This document shows positions 1-10,869 of a DNA stretch of 35,277 nt, piece after piece. Origin of the DNA: an uncultured Negativicutes bacterium (GTDB lineage: Bacteria > Bacillota > Negativicutes > JBAXTZ01). The position numbers and the translations under genes are program-made. The notes under the pieces were generated by a model. The model saw only the letters and a list, made by a program, of their open reading frames with translations, was not told where the DNA came from and searched no databases. The stretch spans positions 1 to 35,277 of the forward strand of contig CAVRJL010000002.1 in NCBI GenBank assembly GCA_963721525.1. Direction: 5' to 3'. The first letter of the stretch is position 1. Each line of letters opens with the position of its first letter.

Positions 1-213
1 CACAAACGCCTGTGGTAGTTAATTCTGCATCAAACTGCGGGAGGAATAAATACAGTAAAACCGGGTGATTCCTTATGGATGATTGCACAAAAGGTATTTA
101 ATAATGGGGCACGCTTTGTAGATCTAATCACACAAAATATTGACAGATACACATCCTTACACATCTCAACTGTTATTCATCCTAATTGGGTCTTAAACTA
201 TAATTGTAAATAA
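1..213 (+). CDS. 3' end of a LysM-domain protein (partial, frameshift near nt 50)
   Basis: Frame from nt 52 reads TVKPGDSLWMIAQKVFNNGARFVDLITQN...IHPNWVL, a typical LysM pattern; stop TAA at 211-213. Not in the ORF track. Confidence 0.8.
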
Positions 214-423
214 AATACCCCCCTCTAGTTTTGAGCATATAACTACATTTGAGATTCAATCGTTCTCACGCTTCATGATGATGTTACAATGCGAAGTTGT
301 AAAAAAGTTTTTAGTTCGGTGAAAATTTATTGCTTTTAATATCTAGGTATAGTGTCTTGTTTTCCTCATTGGGTTGGAATTCATATAGTTTTTGTGAAGT
401 TTCCAGTGCTTCTTTTTTGTTCC

Positions 424-2078
424 CTACCATATATGAGACTTAATACTTGCCAAGAAAGCTAAAAGTAATGTGTCAGAGGGGTATTTCTGTAGAGCATATT
501 CACTTAATACTTTTGCCTCACCAGGGTTTTTCTCATTGACAAGTGCAATTCGCGTTAAGCCTTCATAAGATATATATTTAGGTAGTCCATCAGTAATATG
601 AATATCTTGCCAATATAATTTGTAAGCTTTTAAATAATCTTTTTTAAGTTCATACCATTCTGGGAACACGTAATTGCAATGTATCCGCCAAGCGGATCTA
701 GTGTAATTGCTTTTTGCAAATATCCTTCAGCTTGATTAAAATGGCCATTTTCAGCAAGTGTTGTTCCATAGTAATTGTTAAGAATTGGACTACTTTTGCT
801 ATATTCTAAATCGTGACCATACAACAAAAGAGGTGATTGCCACTGCATTTCTCGTTTTAGTGTAAGAAGAGAAAGTAATAAAATAATAATTCCTAACACT
901 ATAAAGACACTTTTTTCTTTACTGTCTAAAAAAAAGTTGCAACATTATTCAACAACGTGAAGTAATCCAATGATAGGAAAATAAAACCAGTGATCTGATA
1001 CTGTTTGGTCTAAGGGAAAAATCTGAAGATGCATTGATAGACCAACAAAAAACCACAGAGAAAAAAATAAATATGTTTTTTCTGAAGTCCTATTTTTCTT
1101 AATGATATAAATACCTAGTAAGAGAATAATTATGAAAAAAAGAATGTCAATCAATAATGGAAGATAAAAATTTGAGAATTGGATTTTTGTAACTAACCAT
1201 TCTTGGCCAACCGCGAGATGAATTGGCAATAAAAAGTGAGAAATATAATATAGAATAATCTGAGGTATTGAATAAAGCCGAATAACAAATGGCGCTCTTT
1301 GTATAAGACTTGCATGGGAAACAAAAAGTAGATGAGATGAGCTAATCAGTCTTAATGTGCAATAGACAACAAGAGACATAAAAACTGACGCCGTAATGTG
1401 TCTAATATTTGTAAAACTAAACAGATACACATACGTTAAAATAATAATGATAAATAATATTCCACTTTCTTTTGCAAGAAGTGATAACAGAAGAAAAAAG
1501 AAAATAAATATAAGTTTTGCAAAAGATAGAATTTCCTTTCGGTCTCTCATAAGAATATGAAGCGATATTAAACCGAAAAAAAGAAAATAACGTGTCTTGT
1601 AATGAAGAGATATAGATAACAGATTCAATATTTATCGGATGGACAATAAAGATAAGTGAAAGAAAAAGTGCCAGAGGTCGTTTAAAAAAACGGGTAAAAA
1701 TATAAAAAAGCAAAATTGCATTTGCAATATGGATAAAGAGCTGAAACAAGTGCAAGGGGAAGGGGGAAAGACCGAATAAGTTATAGGAAAAGTGTAGAGA
1801 AAGAAAACATACATAAGAGGTTTATAATTAATGTGAAAAAAAGCCAGAGCGTGTGTCCCCGAATAGTAATTACTTGAATAAAAAAATTGAGGGATATTAT
1901 TTAGTTTTAATACGAAAGGACTTAAAACAATTTGAGAAATATCATCAAGAACAAAGGGATTGAAAAGACTATTTACGAAAACCATTACTCCCAAGATGAT
2001 AATTATCCAAATAGCTTTTTTTGTGCTGAGTGGAATAAATAGACTCTTTAAGGAAAAATAGTCTTTTTGCTCTTGCAT
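424..2078 (-). CDS. TMTC-like GT-C glycosyltransferase with C-terminal TPR, paralog 1 (several frameshifts)
   Basis: ORF pieces 1632-2078, 1417-1755, 945-1628, 630-899 and 424-669 join colinearly with intact paralogs; motifs [28 protein letters not shown] and TPR-like helices. Confidence 0.85.
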
Positions 2079-2114
2079 AGATTAAATACTAACAGCAGTA
2101 ACACTTCCTATCAA
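2079..2114 (-). promoter_or_regulatory. sigma70 promoter of paralog 1, probably leaderless
   Basis: TTGATA (2114-2109), 17 nt, TAGTAT (2091-2086), 7 nt, ATG. Confidence 0.7.
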
Positions 2115-2177
2115 GATTAAGAAATAAGTAGTAATTAATATATATTGTAAATAACTAAAATAAGATATACTTTAATC

Positions 2178-3432
2178 ATGCTTCGATTTTTAAGTCTTTC
2201 GGAATCCTTAGAAAAAATTAAATCTTCGCAAAAATTGCTTTACATTACTTGTCTCATGGTTTTTTTCTGGACTTTGTTTGATGGAACTGTTTCTTATATC
2301 ACTCCTCTAAAAATTAGTCAGGCTGGATTTTCAGATACTACTTTGGGTCTTATCATCGGATTTTCATCTATAGCTGGAGGTGCTTTTGATTTCTTTTTAA
2401 GTAAATTTCTCACAAATACTCATTATAGAAGAGTCTATCTAATAATGTTTGCACTTTGTTTTATCTATCCTCTTATTATCTGGCAAGCGAAAGGCATTTG
2501 GTTGTTTTTAATAGCTATGGCGATATGGGGTTTTTACTTTGATCTTAATAACTTTGGGGAATATGATTTTGTAGGGAGAGAATTTGACCATTCCCGGCAC
2601 TCAGCTACTTTTGGGTTACTCGGTGTATTTAAAGATCTAGGTTACATGCTTGCTCCCCTTATCGCCGGTTTTACCTTAGGCTTAGCTGCCAGTATTAATT
2701 GGAAGCCGATTCTACTTATGGTTATTTTTATAACTATTTCTTTCTCATTTTACTTACTAATTAGGTATAAATTCAAAAACATCAAAAAAGAATTTATAGA
2801 GGAGAAAACATATAAACCCCTGCACTATTTAAAAGAATTATCTTTATTAAGAAGTGTTGGATATATTCTAATCCCTCCTCTCGTTATTACTATGCTATTT
2901 AATATATACGATAGTTTCTTTTGGACACTTGGGCCACTACTTGCACAAAGCTATAAGGATCTTTTTCCCTTTAATGGATTATTTCTTACAGCGTATACTC
3001 TACCATTTTTATTTGTTGGTTGGTTTATCGGTTCAATTACGAAAAAGTATGGCAAAAAGAGAACGGCTTTTACAGGATTTCTAATAGGTTCTTTTATCCT
3101 CGCTTTTTTCTTTTTACTACATTCTCCTCTTCTTATTCTCTCTGATGTGTTTCTTGCATCGTTTTTTGTCGGTCTAACGCTTCCGGCAATCAATGGTGCA
3201 TACGCAGATTATATTAGTGAATCTTCTCGAGTAGAAAAAGAAATAGAGGCGTTAAGCGATTTTTTTACGAATATGGGTTACGTAGTCGGGCCTATTATTG
3301 CAGGGTTTTTAGCAGACAGGATAGGATATTTAAATACATTTTACTTTAGGTTTAATTGGTGTAATTGTCTCTATTATCTTACTTCTAACTACTCCCAAAA
3401 AAATTAATGTAAATGTAGTAATACCAAGATGA
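2178..3432 (+). CDS. MFS transporter (frameshift near 3' end; ORF track ends 3407)
   Basis: About 12 hydrophobic segments; motif-A-like GSITKKYGKK and GFLADRIG; alternative frame ends ...KKINVNVVIPR at TGA 3430-3432. Confidence 0.85.
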
Positions 3433-3504
3433 ATTCAGTCAAAATATAACTCTTTTTTAAGATGTCTATTGCATTTATAATTGTCTTGTGCTACTTTAGG
3501 CTTA

Positions 3505-4193
3505 ATGAATAAAAATCTTCTCATCGGCCTTGGTATTTTCATTATCCTCATTCTCGTTGGTGGAGGAATATACGCTAGCATGCATAAATCTTTAAATACG
3601 CCTCAAAACAAGTCCTCTTGTGGCCCAGGCTAAGCCAACGGTGTCTACAATGAAAATGGCAGAAGGAACATTAAAAAGCTTATTATCCATGGGCTCATCG
3701 CAAGTATGTACATATTCAACTACTAATACGAACAAAGCTTCTGTTACTGGCACAGTCTATGTCTCAAGTGGAAAAATGAGAGGGGATTTCGTTTCAACAC
3801 GGGCAGATATGAAGGTCAATGGGCATATGATCGTAGATAATGGCTATACATATATGTGGACACATTTGAGTAATCCAGGTTTTCTTCGGAATGTCGAGGT
3901 AAGTCAAATGGAACCGTCTGTTACACCTACAGCTACTAATAACCAAGCACCTGATTTAAATCAATCAGTGAGTTACTCGTGTCAGGGATGGACAGAGATA
4001 ATTCTAAGTTTAGTCTTCCTTCTAATATCTCATTTGCATCTTTTTCATCTTTCGTAGTTCCATCAGTAGCTATGCCTTCAGGTGTTGTAACAAGTCCTGG
4101 TGCAATGTCAAATCAGGCTGCATGTTCAGCTTGTAATAGTATCCCTGCAGGAGCGGAAGAACTGCATGTCTAACTCAACTCCACTGTCAATAG
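3505..4193 (+). CDS. Membrane-anchored/secreted hypothetical protein with Cys-rich C-terminus (frameshifted)
   Basis: ATG 3505 gives MNKNLLIGLGIFIILILVGGG (signal anchor); joins ORFs 3620-4057 and 3979-4173; final frame RTACLTQLHCQ ends at TAG 4191-4193. Confidence 0.65.
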
Positions 4194-6370
4194 AATTTTA
4201 TCCTCTTTTTGTATACTAAAATCAGAAGTATCATACATAAAAGAAAAGTACTTATTGAGATAGTAAGTCCTGTTACAAATGACTCAGGATAATAGTATAA
4301 TCTAACAACTGATTCTCCCTTTGGGATATAGACAGCTTTTTCAAATGTGTTGGCAAGTAATATCTTTGACTCTTTTCCATTTACATTTACTTTCCAACCA
4401 GGGTAGTACGTGTCTGATATTATAAGATATCCAGGAGAGAGAGTGTCTGTTTGTAGCCATATCTGCTGGTCAGTTGATTTTGTGATTATGACTTTGTCTT
4501 TTAGATTAGTATTAGTTTGATAAACAGACTTCATATCGTCATTTGATAGTATTACTGTAGTCCAAGGATTAAACTTATTACTTTGTAAAAAAGAATAGGC
4601 TTTTTCGTTATCCATTATTGTTTTTTCATGCACAATATATGCTCTTTTTGATGTGGGGAGAACAGATAGATAGATAGATGGTAAGTTATTTTGGGATAGT
4701 GTTGCTTTTTGTTTAATATTGCTATTGTTTATTATAAAAGGTGAAGTGAGATAAGAAATGTTTTGCATCAATAAAAGTTTTAAGGAGGGAGAACTGATAT
4801 AAATTTGCTTATTTTTTCCAAGCGTTAAGCCTAAGTAAACAATATTATTTAGTTTTGTGTTTTCTGAAAGAGTATTTCCTAGATAAACCCCAGATTGGTT
4901 AATAGCATATAACGCACTGTTATCTTGACGCATAAAGTTATTCATAAATGGGATCATATTCGTAAATTGCCATCCATGATAAAAAATAAGATTCCAGGCA
5001 ATCGTGTCTCCGATTGTTTGTACTCTTCCGGAGGACTTATCAATCATGTTTACAAATTTAGGAGGCTTTAAGATTTTATTTGCTTCAATTATAGGGTTGT
5101 AGTGGTAAAAATAGCTTTGTACATCGACTATGCTAAATATAAAAATGAATACAAAAGTAATAAATAAATATAACTTGGATATATCTTTATTTATATTTGT
5201 TTTTATAAATTCAAAAGATATACCGGCAAGTATTACTAGAGACCATACGAAAAGTAATATAAAACGTGAGGGAACTCTGAAAAGAGAGAAAAAAGGCAAG
5301 GAATAGGCATACTTAAAAGGAGTGAAATGTCCTAGCATGAGAAAAAAACTTAAAAAAAGCAATAGTAAAAAAAATGGGATCCTTGTATTTTTCTTAATAA
5401 TGAATATGGAAAATACAGCTAGTAGTAAAGGAATAAGGCCAATGTATCCGGTATTTTCCCAAAAAATAGAACCTGAAAAATTGTTAAAAGGAGGATATGT
5501 TCCTAATGTCGGATCTCCAAGAACAAAAGGATCAATAAGGGTAAAAAGGTGCTGAGGGGGAAATGAATAATAGGTTGCTACATCTAAATTTAATCCTCCT
5601 GAGCGATCGGAATTTTGCAAGAATTCATATGCAGGTAATAATTGAGCTGCACCCATTACCAGTCCTAAAAGTATTCCTAGGGAAAACAGAATAAAAGGCA
5701 AAAAATGTTTTTGTTTAAAATCATTGATTGAGAGATATAAGGCATACAGACTACTTGCAAAGATTGATATAAAAATAATCTGAGGATAGGTTGAAAAAAC
5801 ACTTAATACGACAACTAGACTTAAGAAAAATACCGATAAGATTTTTTTATTGCCGCGTATTAAAATATCAGTAGCATAAAAATACCAGGGAAGAAATACT
5901 ACCGTTTGGGTAATATCTGTATGAGGAATTTGGGCAATGAAATATCCCGAAAAACTATAGATAATACTTATATATAATGAAACCGGTTTTGAAAGCTTTA
6001 TTCTATTACAAAAAAAATAAGTTCCTAATGCGTTTAAGCCAAAACTTATTACGTAGATAAGATTAAAAGCGACTACAAAAGGAAAAAATTTAAATAAGAT
6101 CGAGTTTATAGGATTAAGAGCGCCAATTTCCAGTCCTGCCAATAAGGGGAATCCGTCTCCTAGTTTTTGCGTCCAAAAAGGAAGAGCATTCTCCTTAAGG
6201 GATTGATACAGTAAATACTTCATTGGTATATGCAGATCAAGAATGTCGCTTTCTCCAAAATCAGGTGTCGCAAAAAACATAAGGTGGGGGAAAAACAGGT
6301 GAGCGAAATAACAGCAACTAAAAAGGATTATAAAAATAACAGGAAAATATTTTTTTAAAAATAAAATCAT
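4187..6370 (-). CDS. YfhO-family polytopic membrane protein (GT-C-like glycosyltransferase)
   Basis: 727 aa; DFGESDI, LPFWT..LGDGFP, QLLP, WENTGYIG, FRVPSRF, C-terminal SDTYYPGWKVNVNG...YYP. Confidence 0.85.
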   Translation of the reverse strand: MILFLKKYFPVIFIILFSCCYFAHLFFPHLMFFATPDFGESDILDLHIPMKYLLYQSLKENALPFWTQKLGDGFPLLAGLEIGALNPINSILFKFFPFVVAFNLIYVISFGLNALGTYFFCNRIKLSKPVSLYISIIYSFSGYFIAQIPHTDITQTVVFLPWYFYATDILIRGNKKILSVFFLSLVVVLSVFSTYPQIIFISIFASSLYALYLSINDFKQKHFLPFILFSLGILLGLVMGAAQLLPAYEFLQNSDRSGGLNLDVATYYSFPPQHLFTLIDPFVLGDPTLGTYPPFNNFSGSIFWENTGYIGLIPLLLAVFSIFIIKKNTRIPFFLLLLFLSFFLMLGHFTPFKYAYSLPFFSLFRVPSRFILLFVWSLVILAGISFEFIKTNINKDISKLYLFITFVFIFIFSIVDVQSYFYHYNPIIEANKILKPPKFVNMIDKSSGRVQTIGDTIAWNLIFYHGWQFTNMIPFMNNFMRQDNSALYAINQSGVYLGNTLSENTKLNNIVYLGLTLGKNKQIYISSPSLKLLLMQNISYLTSPFIINNSNIKQKATLSQNNLPSIYLSVLPTSKRAYIVHEKTIMDNEKAYSFLQSNKFNPWTTVILSNDDMKSVYQTNTNLKDKVIITKSTDQQIWLQTDTLSPGYLIISDTYYPGWKVNVNGKESKILLANTFEKAVYIPKGESVVRLYYYPESFVTGLTISISTFLLCMILLILVYKKRIKFY

Positions 6371-6447
6371 TTTAAAACATTATATCTAGCTAAGCCATAA
6401 TAACAGTATTATGTCTATATTTCAAAATCGTTTTTTGAAAAAGTCAA

Positions 6448-8176
6448 TTATCTAAAGTTAAGCTTTAAGGGTAAATTGTTAGATATCTGGTGTAGAAAAT
6501 AATATGTATTTTCATTAGGTTCTAGACTATAACCCTTTTTTGCTTCTTGCAAAGCCTGTGAGATTTTCCCACTATCATAGTCTGAAATGGCAAGGGTCAT
6601 ATATAACGCTGCATCACTAGGCACTGTCTCTAGTCCCTTTTGGCTTATTTCTTTTGCGTTGTTATAATTTTTCTCTTTTAGTTCTAATATAGCCAGATTT
6701 TCATAACCTCCTTGATAGTTACCCGTATTAATTGATTTTTGATAATACTTTTTTGCAAGGTCTATTTGTCCCTCGTGTTCATATAAAACTCCTAAATTGT
6801 ACCAATTAGTCCAGAAATAGGGAGCTAGTTGTGTAGATCTTAATAAGTGATATTTTGCTTTATTAATTTCACCTATCTGGAAAAATAACGACCCTGCGTT
6901 ATTTTCAGAACATAGCTTGTGGAATTATTTTTTAAATCGTGAAAATATAGCGTTTGATTATCCTGCCAATTTGTATTTCTAATAATAGTTCTTAAAGATA
7001 AAAGAGAAAGTATTATTATAATAAGAGTCATAATCCATTTATTATTCAATTTGACTTGAGGAGTATTAAGTATTACCCCAATCATCCCCAAAAGACCAAC
7101 CATTGGAAAATAAAACCACCGATCAGCAACAGTCATATCCAGAGGGATTATTTGTATATGCATCGCTAAGCCAATAAAAAACCAAATAGCCAAAAATATG
7201 AATGTACTTAAGGCCTTTGTTTTTGAAATGTATAGCTTTATTCCATACATTGCTATACCAAGACAAAACAAGAAATCTATAAGCAGAGGGAGGTAAAAAT
7301 CAGCTAAAGTTGGGACTTTTATAATCCAATATTGAGATGTTATTAAATCTTTGGGAAAAAAGAAGGTTTTAAGATAAAAAAAGAAAATGTTTGGCATTGT
7401 ATACAAACGAATAAGAAAGTTTGCTCTTGCTATTGGTGCAAGACGTTGTGACATAAAACTCAAATCCGCTATATGAAGACGAAGAAATAAATATATACCA
7501 ATAAGGCATAGAGATAATAGAATATGTATAAAAAGAGTTTTTTTATTATTAAACATTAAAATCAATAAAGTCGTTGTAACGATAAATAATAACCCAGTCT
7601 CTTTTGATAGAATCGAGATGAATAACATAAAAGTTGCAATTATCAAATAGATTGGCGGTAGTTTTTCTTTAATTACAATCAAGGTGGCAAGCATTCCGAA
7701 AAAGAAAAATAATCCTTCTTGAAGTGATGCAATATAACTTACAGCCTCGACATTGATCGGATGAGTCAAAAACACGAGTGATAGTAAGAAAGATAATCTT
7801 TTTTTAAAGAAATAAGAAAAAAATATAAAAACAAGAATAGAATTACTTATATGAAGTAAAACTTGAAAAAGGTGGAAAAAAAAGGATTTGCGCCAAACAG
7901 AGAATATAAAAGGGTAAATGTAATTGGTAATAATGGTTTGTAATACGTTCCGGTAAGATTAATAAAGGTACTTCCTTTAAAGAAAAGTGGAACATTACTA
8001 AGTGAATGTACTAATTTATTATTTACTATCTGGCCTTGATCATCCCAGACAAATCCGTTAAATAAACTATTAAAATAAACTATAAAACCAATAAAAATGA
8101 TAATATATATCGCTTTTTTTGTTGTGAGTGGAATAAATAGACTCTTTAGAGAAAAGTATTCTTTTTGCTCATGCAT
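6448..8176 (-). CDS. TMTC-like GT-C/TPR glycosyltransferase, paralog 2 (frameshifted)
   Basis: ORFs 7847-8176 and 6873-7775 plus a TPR tail read manually to ...HQISNNLPLKLNFR, TAA at 6450-6448; motifs FVWDD, YYKP, HPINVEAV, SKET, ADRWFYFP. Confidence 0.85.
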
Positions 8177-8212
8177 AGATTAAATACTAACAGTACTATC
8201 TCTCCCTTTCAA
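8177..8212 (-). promoter_or_regulatory. sigma70 promoter of paralog 2
   Basis: TTGAAA (8212-8207), 17 nt, TAGTAT (8189-8184), 7 nt, ATG. Confidence 0.75.
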
Positions 8213-8488
8213 GGTTAAGATTTTCATAATTAGGTACTAAAAAGTTAATAAAGAAGCTATACGTTCTTAGATAAATAAGACTGACTCAGAACAGTCAATG
8301 TTGTGATATCTAATGATATACTCATTAAATAATTATTATAGCCTGACATATCAATCTAGGTTGGAAATGAAGACATTGTTCAACTGCCTCACTTTCTGGC
8401 CCTGAAAGGTCCTTACCTTTAAGAAGTTTTATTCTCAAAAATATTACTCCTGTATTCCTTTATTATCTTTTGTTGTATAATATTGTTG

Positions 8489-8902
8489 ATGCTTCAAGGA
8501 TTTAAACAGTTTATTTTAAAAGGTAACGTTGTCGATTTAGCGGTAGGCGTTGTTATTGGAGTAGCGTTTGGCTCAGTCGTTACTGCGCTTGTAAAAGATA
8601 TTATTACGCCAATAATTGGAGCTATCGGAGGTAAACCCGATTTTTCAGGAATATCTTTTACTATTAATAACAGTAAATTTTTGATTGGCGATTTTCTTAA
8701 TGCTGTGATATCTTTTCTTATTATTGCAGCAGTCATCTACTTCTTTGTAGTGATCCCGATGAATAAATTAATAGCATTAACCAGAAAAGAAAAACCTGTA
8801 GACCCAACGACTCAAAAGTGTCCTGAGTGTTTGAGTATTATTCCTCTTGGTGCAAAGCGTTGTGCGTTCTGCACTACGGTTCTTAGCTCCAAAAAAAAAT
8901 AG
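8489..8902 (+). CDS. mscL: Large-conductance mechanosensitive channel with C-terminal CxxC...CxxC tail
   Basis: FKQFILKGNVVDLAVGVVIGVAFG...GDFLNAVISFLIIA; ATG 8489 lies 7 nt after TATAAT. Confidence 0.95.
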   Translation: MLQGFKQFILKGNVVDLAVGVVIGVAFGSVVTALVKDIITPIIGAIGGKPDFSGISFTINNSKFLIGDFLNAVISFLIIAAVIYFFVVIPMNKLIALTRKEKPVDPTTQKCPECLSIIPLGAKRCAFCTTVLSSKKK

Positions 8903-8905
8903 GAG

Positions 8906-9652
8906 TTATTTTTCGTAATATATTAAATTAGTTCCGCAATAAAATAATTTTAAAATTGTCAGTTTTTCTATATAGGGTTCAACTCTCTTCAATAATCTGG
9001 CAATTTTTTCCGGACAAAAATATGGAACTATACTAAAAAAACTTTGTTCTCTTACAGTAAAATTATTATTTCTAAACCATTTATTAAGTGTGGGCGGCCA
9101 ATATGATTTTTCTTCATGCTTTATATGATAAGGTGAAGTCCTTTCAATAATCTTTAACATCGGATTATAACCATTTGGCTCTAAGACTATGATTTTATTT
9201 GAAAGTTGACTAAGAGATTTTATAGCTTGTTGGGGATTATATAAATGATGCAGTACACCACGTATTACAATAACATCAAATGAGTAAGTTTTTTTAAACA
9301 TTCTGTGTGCATTATAAACATTTCCATGTAGGAATATAATATTTTTCTTATCTTTAGTTTTAACAGATTTAGACGCAACATTTATTGCGGATTTTGCATC
9401 GTCAAAACCAATAATTATTTTAGGATGAAATCTTTTATATATTTCAAATGTAAATGTTCCATCGCCACAACCTACATCCAAAATACTAGAGTTTTTCTTT
9501 ACATGTAGCTTTAATACTCTTACGATTTCTTCCGTTTGTCTTTTTGTTGCAATGTAAATTGAATACTTTTCAAAATTTGCGTATTGATATCTTCCCTTAT
9601 TTTTAATATCATCATTAAAAGCTTTTACATTTATCTCTTTTTTTCTTTTCAT
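8906..9652 (-). CDS. Class I SAM-dependent methyltransferase
   Basis: ILDVGCGDG, FDVIVIRGVLHHL, EPN. Confidence 0.9.
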   Translation of the reverse strand: MKRKKEINVKAFNDDIKNKGRYQYANFEKYSIYIATKRQTEEIVRVLKLHVKKNSSILDVGCGDGTFTFEIYKRFHPKIIIGFDDAKSAINVASKSVKTKDKKNIIFLHGNVYNAHRMFKKTYSFDVIVIRGVLHHLYNPQQAIKSLSQLSNKIIVLEPNGYNPMLKIIERTSPYHIKHEEKSYWPPTLNKWFRNNNFTVREQSFFSIVPYFCPEKIARLLKRVEPYIEKLTILKLFYCGTNLIYYEK

Positions 9653-9796
9653 AACAGCTGGTTTCTAATTATATGTACCCCTCATGTTAAAATCAATAGA
9701 AGCTAACATTGACTAAATAGAAATAACGCTAGAAGATTTTGATTACTAAATTGAATCTAAAAAAAGCATTTACCAAGCGCACACTATTACTTCTTA

Positions 9797-10693
9797 TTAT
9801 TTTTGAGCAATAATTCCGATATTACCGGCTCTAAGGGTAAGTGGTAAATTTGCTAAGTTTGTTTTATTAAGAAGAAGTAATATGTATTGTTTGACTTTGG
9901 TGGGTATAGGAGACATCCTAATCCAATATTTTAAAGGATATCTATTTTCAACTGCAAATGTCTTAATAATCTTGAATTTGTTTTTTATAAATATTTTTTC
10001 CAACGTTGTTTTATTAAATAAATAAATATGTTCAATGTCAAAAATCGGTGATTTTTCTTTGAATAATTTTACTGATAGTCCTTCTGTATCGTGAACAATA
10101 AATAACACTTTTCCTCCTCTTTTAAGAGACTCATAAGTATTTTGCAAAAATGTATTCGGATCAACAATATGATCAAGTGTATGAAAGCAACAAACTATGT
10201 CATATGTATTATTTTTGACAATACCTTTCTCAAATATTCCCATTTTTATATTCTTACGCAACCAAGATGGAGCTTTTTTAATTGTTTCTTTGCCTGGTTC
10301 TATACCATAAACGAATCCAACTCCCATTTCTTTTGCTTCTTCAAGAAAAAATCCATTTCCGCAGCCTATATCAAGCAAACGTATTTCTTCTCTTTTTACA
10401 TTCTTCAGCACTTGGCGTAGATAGTAACCATATGTTTTTTTTAAATAAAATGCTTCAAGGTCATAATCAAACGTGCTATGCAAATAAAACTTATCGATTT
10501 TATTTGCCGGTAAAATAGGACTTGAGAAAATCATTCCGCAATTCAGACATTTTAAAAATCTGTAATGCAACCTATCGGGAGTTCTTCTTGCAGAAAAAAC
10601 ATGAGAGTTAATTTTACTGCTGCTAAAATTCTCTTTATAAACTTCTTCTACGTTTTGTTTTACACCACAAATCGCACATTGTGTTGAAACCAT
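9797..10693 (-). CDS. Class I SAM-dependent methyltransferase with N-terminal Zn-binding Cys pairs
   Basis: CAIC...CLNCG, LLDIGCGNG, GIEP, HTLDHIVDP, EHIYLF. Confidence 0.9.
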   Translation of the reverse strand: MVSTQCAICGVKQNVEEVYKENFSSSKINSHVFSARRTPDRLHYRFLKCLNCGMIFSSPILPANKIDKFYLHSTFDYDLEAFYLKKTYGYYLRQVLKNVKREEIRLLDIGCGNGFFLEEAKEMGVGFVYGIEPGKETIKKAPSWLRKNIKMGIFEKGIVKNNTYDIVCCFHTLDHIVDPNTFLQNTYESLKRGGKVLFIVHDTEGLSVKLFKEKSPIFDIEHIYLFNKTTLEKIFIKNKFKIIKTFAVENRYPLKYWIRMSPIPTKVKQYILLLLNKTNLANLPLTLRAGNIGIIAQK

Positions 10694-10759
10694 AGGATAT
10701 ATAATATCATAGAAGAGTTCATATGGAGAATGTACAAAAAAGAAACAGTTTCTTTATAA
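10635..10759 (+). repeat. About 125-bp direct repeat, copy A (methyltransferase start, divergent promoter, decayed epimerase start)
   Basis: Shares ttttgttttacaccacaaatcgcacattgt and tatataatatcatagaagagttcatatg with 13189-13312. Confidence 0.9.
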
Positions 10760-10869
10760 TAAAAGCAATGACAATAGAGATCCTAGTAACTATCTAGTCA
10801 TACAAGCAAGATATCAATAAAGGTTTATTAAGTCTCGATTATAAAGCAAAAAAGGTATAAGATAATCTT

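Noticed and set aside
8280-8430. Possible structured RNA upstream of mscL
   Set aside because: Only short 4-6 bp stems; no recognisable riboswitch or tRNA pattern.
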